The notes under the pieces are model-generated. The model worked only from the letters and a program-made list of their open reading frames with translations. It made no database searches and had not been told where the DNA came from. Made by a program: the position numbers and the translations under genes. From the NCBI RefSeq assembly GCF_009914755.1, contig NC_060936.1: a DNA stretch of 64,000 bases; one strand, 5' to 3'. The stretch's first letter is position 1; each line of letters opens with the position of its first letter. Positions 59,883 to 64,000 of the stretch are shown piece after piece. This stretch comes from the human T2T-CHM13v2.0 reference genome, Homo sapiens.

Positions 59883-60720
59883 ATTGGTATAATTAAGTGA
59901 GGCATGCCTAGGTTTTTTTCTGAGAGATCCATTTCTTCCTTGCAGAGAGAACCTCATACCAGCTGTGCAGCTCCAATAAGGAGAGAGTCCTTTACACTTT
60001 CTCCTCTGTGTCATATTCTTACAGTTGCAAAGTGCTCAGCTAGTTTGAGTCTTCTTTACCTCCTGAGAATCTTTCACCCAGCCTTTCACCTGAACTATTT
60101 CTTCCATGCTAACTCACTCTCTCATATAGTGAAATAGAAATCATACCTAAAACCCATTTATCTTTCCCTGAAATTAGACTACAAATTTGTTGAGTCAATG
60201 GAAGAGATGATCACCTTTGGCAGAATCCTAGCATCCATTATAATTGAATGGACTTAGAGGATCAATATCATTGGTTCATATAATTTTTTATTCTAAAATT
60301 AATCTCTGGTCAGAAGACCAGACCTCTATAAATCTCCATGTTTGCTATGTGTTTTTACTATGCCTATGAGTCTTAGAAAATTTGCTTTTTAAACCTTGCC
60401 CATATTTACATGATAGGTATTTAACGGATTATTCGAATTAGAAATGATCAAGTCAAACTCCCCTAAGCGAAGACAATGGCAAATCTACCTGCTTCTCCCT
60501 CATCCTATTGGATGAAACCATTTCTAAATCTTTCTTTTGCTTATCATCTCATTTTTACACCTCATTTCCAGGAGTTTATAGTGGCACTTAAACTTTTTTC
60601 ATGTGGTTTCAAATATTCATGCTTGAAAGTTCTATTTTAAAAGCCAGCAGTTTTTGACAATGAGAAGGCTTGCTTTATGTTGTGCAGGAGAGTTTCTTAA
60701 AGTACTTAAAGAGGACCAGA

Positions 60721-61444
60721 CCACTATGAGATACCATCTCACACCAGTTAGAATGGCAATCATTAAAAAGTCAGGAAACAGCAGGTGCTGGAGAGGATGT
60801 GGAGAAATAGGAACACTTTTACACTGTTGGTGGGACTGTAAACTAGTTCAACCATTGTGGAAGTCAGTGTGGCGATTCCTCAGGGATCTAGAACTAGAAA
60901 TACCATTTGACCCAGCCATCCCATTACTGGGTATATATCCAAATGACTATAAATCATGCTGCTATAAAGACACATGCACACGTATGTTTATTGCGGCATT
61001 ATTCACAATAGCAAAGACTTGGAACCAACCCAAATGTCCAACAATGATAGACTGGATTAAGAAAATGTGGCACATATACACCATGGAATACTATGCAGCC
61101 ATAAAAAATGATGAGTTCATGTCCTTTGTAGGGACATGGATGAAATTGGAAATCATCATTCTCAGTAAACTATCGCAAGAACAAAAAGCCAAACACCGCA
61201 TATTCTCACTCATAGGTGAGAATTGAACAATGAGATCACATGGACACAGGAAGGGGAATATCACACTCTGGGGACTGTTGTGGGGTGGGGGGAGGGGGGA
61301 GGGATAGCACTGGGAGATACACCTAATGCTAGATGACGAGTTAGTGGGTGCAGCGCACCAGCATGGCACATGTATACACATGTAACTAACCTGCACAATG
61401 TGCACATGTACCCTAAAACTTAAAGTATAATAAAAAAAAAAAAA
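60721..61444 (+). mobile_element. 5'-truncated young LINE-1, L1PA2-type (~720 bp)
   Basis: ORF2 C-terminus, 3'UTR and pure polyA; perfect 13-bp TSD aaagaggaccaga (60708-60720, 61445-61457) at TT/AAAG. Confidence 0.96.
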
Positions 61445-62293
61445 AAAGAGGACCAGATCATCACACAAAAGACAACTCACTTGCAGTCTTTTAGGCAATT
61501 AAAGGAATCTGGATATGCTTCTTTCTGGATGCCAGAATGATGGGTTCACTAGCACTATCAGTAGGGTGGATAAGTTCACTGATAATTATATACTCGATTC
61601 GTGGTTCATTTTTAGTGGGCCTCATAAGCATATCTGGTAACTGTTATGCCCCTATCAGTCATCTTTATTCTTTTTAGTCTTCCTAGAGTTATCACATCTG
61701 TCACAAATATTAATATACCTAAAGTATAACTGGCAATGATGCATTTGATGTTTGAGAAATAATGAAATGTCACATCCATTATAGAACAATGTGGCGTTTA
61801 ATGGAGCTATGCAGAGTTATTTGCACTATTATTCCACTGTAATAATGTTGCTTTCAGTCACATCTGACAAAAATATCACTGAATGTTAATTCAGATGAAC
61901 TTTAAATGTAGCCACATGGGGACTGACCTAAAACGAAAGCTCCTGGTCTTTGCCTTGAAAAAAGCTTGCCCTTAATGGTATAATTAGAGGTTTGTCCTAA
62001 CCTCTTGGGTTCAAAGTTGGAAAGGTGTATAAGAAAAGTAGGCAGAGAAACAGCATGGGGCACATGCATGAATGCCTACAGAGCTAATGGTTTGCTTCAA
62101 ACTGAGGATATGACCATGACCTTCTTAGTCACTGCAAGTCTAAGAACCAGACTTGCAATTGAGAACCAATTGAGAACCAATTGAGATGTTAATTAGAGTA
62201 AAATACAGAATGTACTCACAGAGTCTAGGCTTTGTTTGCACCCCACCCCCAAATGTGCCAGCAGGTAACTTTAAATATAAAAAGAGCTAAGTT

Positions 62294-63135
62294 GGGAGTG
62301 ATGCCAGCAAGATGGCAGAGTAGGGTATACCAGTCTTAGGCCTTCCATAAAAACAATTACATAGCTTTCCAGGAATACAAATAGCTCTGGGAGAGCTTGG
62401 GAGTATAGTTAAGAGGCTGCAGCAACACAGGAGAGCAAAAAATACAGGCACAGTTCAGGGCTGAGGTGAACCTTTCTGAACCATGAATTCCCCTTGAAGG
62501 GAAAAGGAGGGCAGAGTGAGTGATCAGCTTCCCCAAACTTTTGGGGCACTGCCTCAAACACTGGCTTCAGTTTCATCCCATGCAGTTTGCTGTGGATATC
62601 AGTGTAGCTGAGATGCCTGGACGTGGTTAAGAACAGTATTAGCCATGCAGCAGGTGTAAATGCAACTGTGTCTCCTGGGCTGGGCTATCACTCCCACTCC
62701 CCCAATCTCTGCAACCACATACATGCCTGAGCCTTGACGCCACAAATGCTCTGTGCATGCCTGTGGTCTAGACTCTGAGCACTCCACAAGCATCTACACC
62801 TCAGAAACTGGCACATACCAGTGCCTCAGACATCAGTCACCACTGCAGTGGTTATGCCCACCTCCTAAACCACAGAGCCATGATTGTTCCTCATGGGCCT
62901 GTGCTCCAGAACCCAACACTGTGGCCCCTCTGTGAGTGACTGACCAGGCCTTGCATACCAACACAACAGACACATCGGGTCCCTGACATTGGCACCACTG
63001 ATCCTCACCACACACAATGGAATATTATTCTTCCTTAAAAATAGAAGGAAATCTTGCTATTTATGACAACATGGATGAACTAAGTGAATAAGCCAGATGT
63101 AGAAAGACAAATACTGTATGATTACATTTATATGT
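62294..63135 (+). mobile_element. Old L1M 5'UTR joined directly to an L1MA-type ORF2-end/3'UTR piece
   Basis: Start 'gggagtgatgccagcaagatggcagagtagg'; GC-richer UTR to ~63010; then 'cacaatggaatattattc...gacaacatggatgaac...agaaagacaaatactgtatgat'. Confidence 0.6.
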
Positions 63136-63885
63136 TGATATGGTTTGGCTCTGTATCCCCACCCAAATCTCCCCTCAAATTATAGTTCCCATAGTATCTA
63201 TGTGTCACAGGAGGGACCTGGTAGGAGATAATTTCATCATGGGGGCTGTTGTGCTCATGCAGTTCTCATGATAGTGAGTGAGTTCTCACGAGATCTGATG
63301 GCTTTATAAGGGGGATTTCCCCTCTTTTTCTCTGTACTTCTCTTTGTTGCCACCATATGAAGAAGGTTGTGTTTGCTTCCCCATCCACCATGATTGTGAG
63401 TTTCCTGAGACCTCCCTAGCCATGCGGAGCTGTGAGTGAATTAAACCTCTTTCCTTTATAAATTACCCAGTACTGGGTATGTCTTTATTAGCAGCAAGAG
63501 AATGGACTAATACAGTAAATTGGTACCAGGTAGTACGGTGCTGCTGTAAAGACACCCAAAAATGTGGAAGTAACTTTGGAACTGGGTAACAGGCAGAGAT
63601 TGGAACAGTTTGGGGGGCTCAGAGAAGACAGGAAAATGTGGAAAAGTTTGGAACTTCCTAGAGACTTGTTGAATGGCTTCGACCAAAATGCTGATAGTGA
63701 TATGGACAATAGAGTCAGGGCTGGTGTGGTCTCAGATGGAGATGAGGAACTTGTTGGGAACTGGAGCAAAGATGTTCCAGTTTATGCTTTAGCAAAGAGA
63801 CTGGTAGCATTTTGCCACCACCCTAAAGCTATGTGGAACTTTGAACTTGAGAGGGATGATTTAGGTTATCTGGCAGAAGACGTTT
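63136..63885 (+). mobile_element. THE1D-type MaLR 5' LTR (63136-63514) and start of internal region
   Basis: tgatatggtttggctctg...ggactaataca followed by gtaaattggtacca internal sequence. Confidence 0.92.
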
Positions 63886-64000
63886 CTCTTTCTTTCTTTT
63901 TTTTTTAAATTATACTTTAAGTTCTGGGATATATGTGCAGAACTTGCAGGTTTGCTACATAGGTATACATGTGCCATGGTGGTTTGCTGCACCCCCCATC
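63886..64000 (-). mobile_element. L1PA7/8-type 3' end inserted in THE1-int (runs off the window)
   Basis: polyT plus 'ttatactttaagttctgggata...gcaggtttg.tacataggtatacatgtgccatggtggtttgctgcaccc'. Confidence 0.88.

Noticed and set aside
60654-61226. 190-aa ORF fusing flank sequence to the L1 ORF2 C-terminus
   Set aside because: Chance in-frame read-in from the flank across the TSD; no promoter or splice evidence

Overview
AT-rich, repeat-dense primate (human/great-ape-like) genomic DNA, either intergenic or deep intronic. I can identify no host protein-coding exon, RNA gene or CRISPR array, and every long ORF is retroelement-derived. Main contents: a full-length but inactivated L1PA4/5-type LINE-1 (39922-46075, 12-bp TSD); two young 5'-truncated L1PA2-type insertions, one with an uninterrupted 817-codon RT/C-terminal ORF2 segment; a twin-primed L1PB with a nested L1PA; an L1PB1; several older L1M, L2 and MIR fragments; four Alus; three MaLR (MST/THE1) elements; and solo LTRs (MER50-like, LTR40-like, LTR16-like). 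I found no convincing novel gene system. The least explained structure is a set of locally templated rearrangement scars: a 141-bp copy of nearby unique DNA pasted into an L1 with snap-back junctions, a perfect 25-bp inverted repeat, template-switch palindromes and iterated junction motifs. There is also an old ~105-115-bp degenerate tandem array, split by an MST element, with one dispersed copy. Subfamily names come from recalled consensus features and need RepeatMasker/Dfam confirmation.
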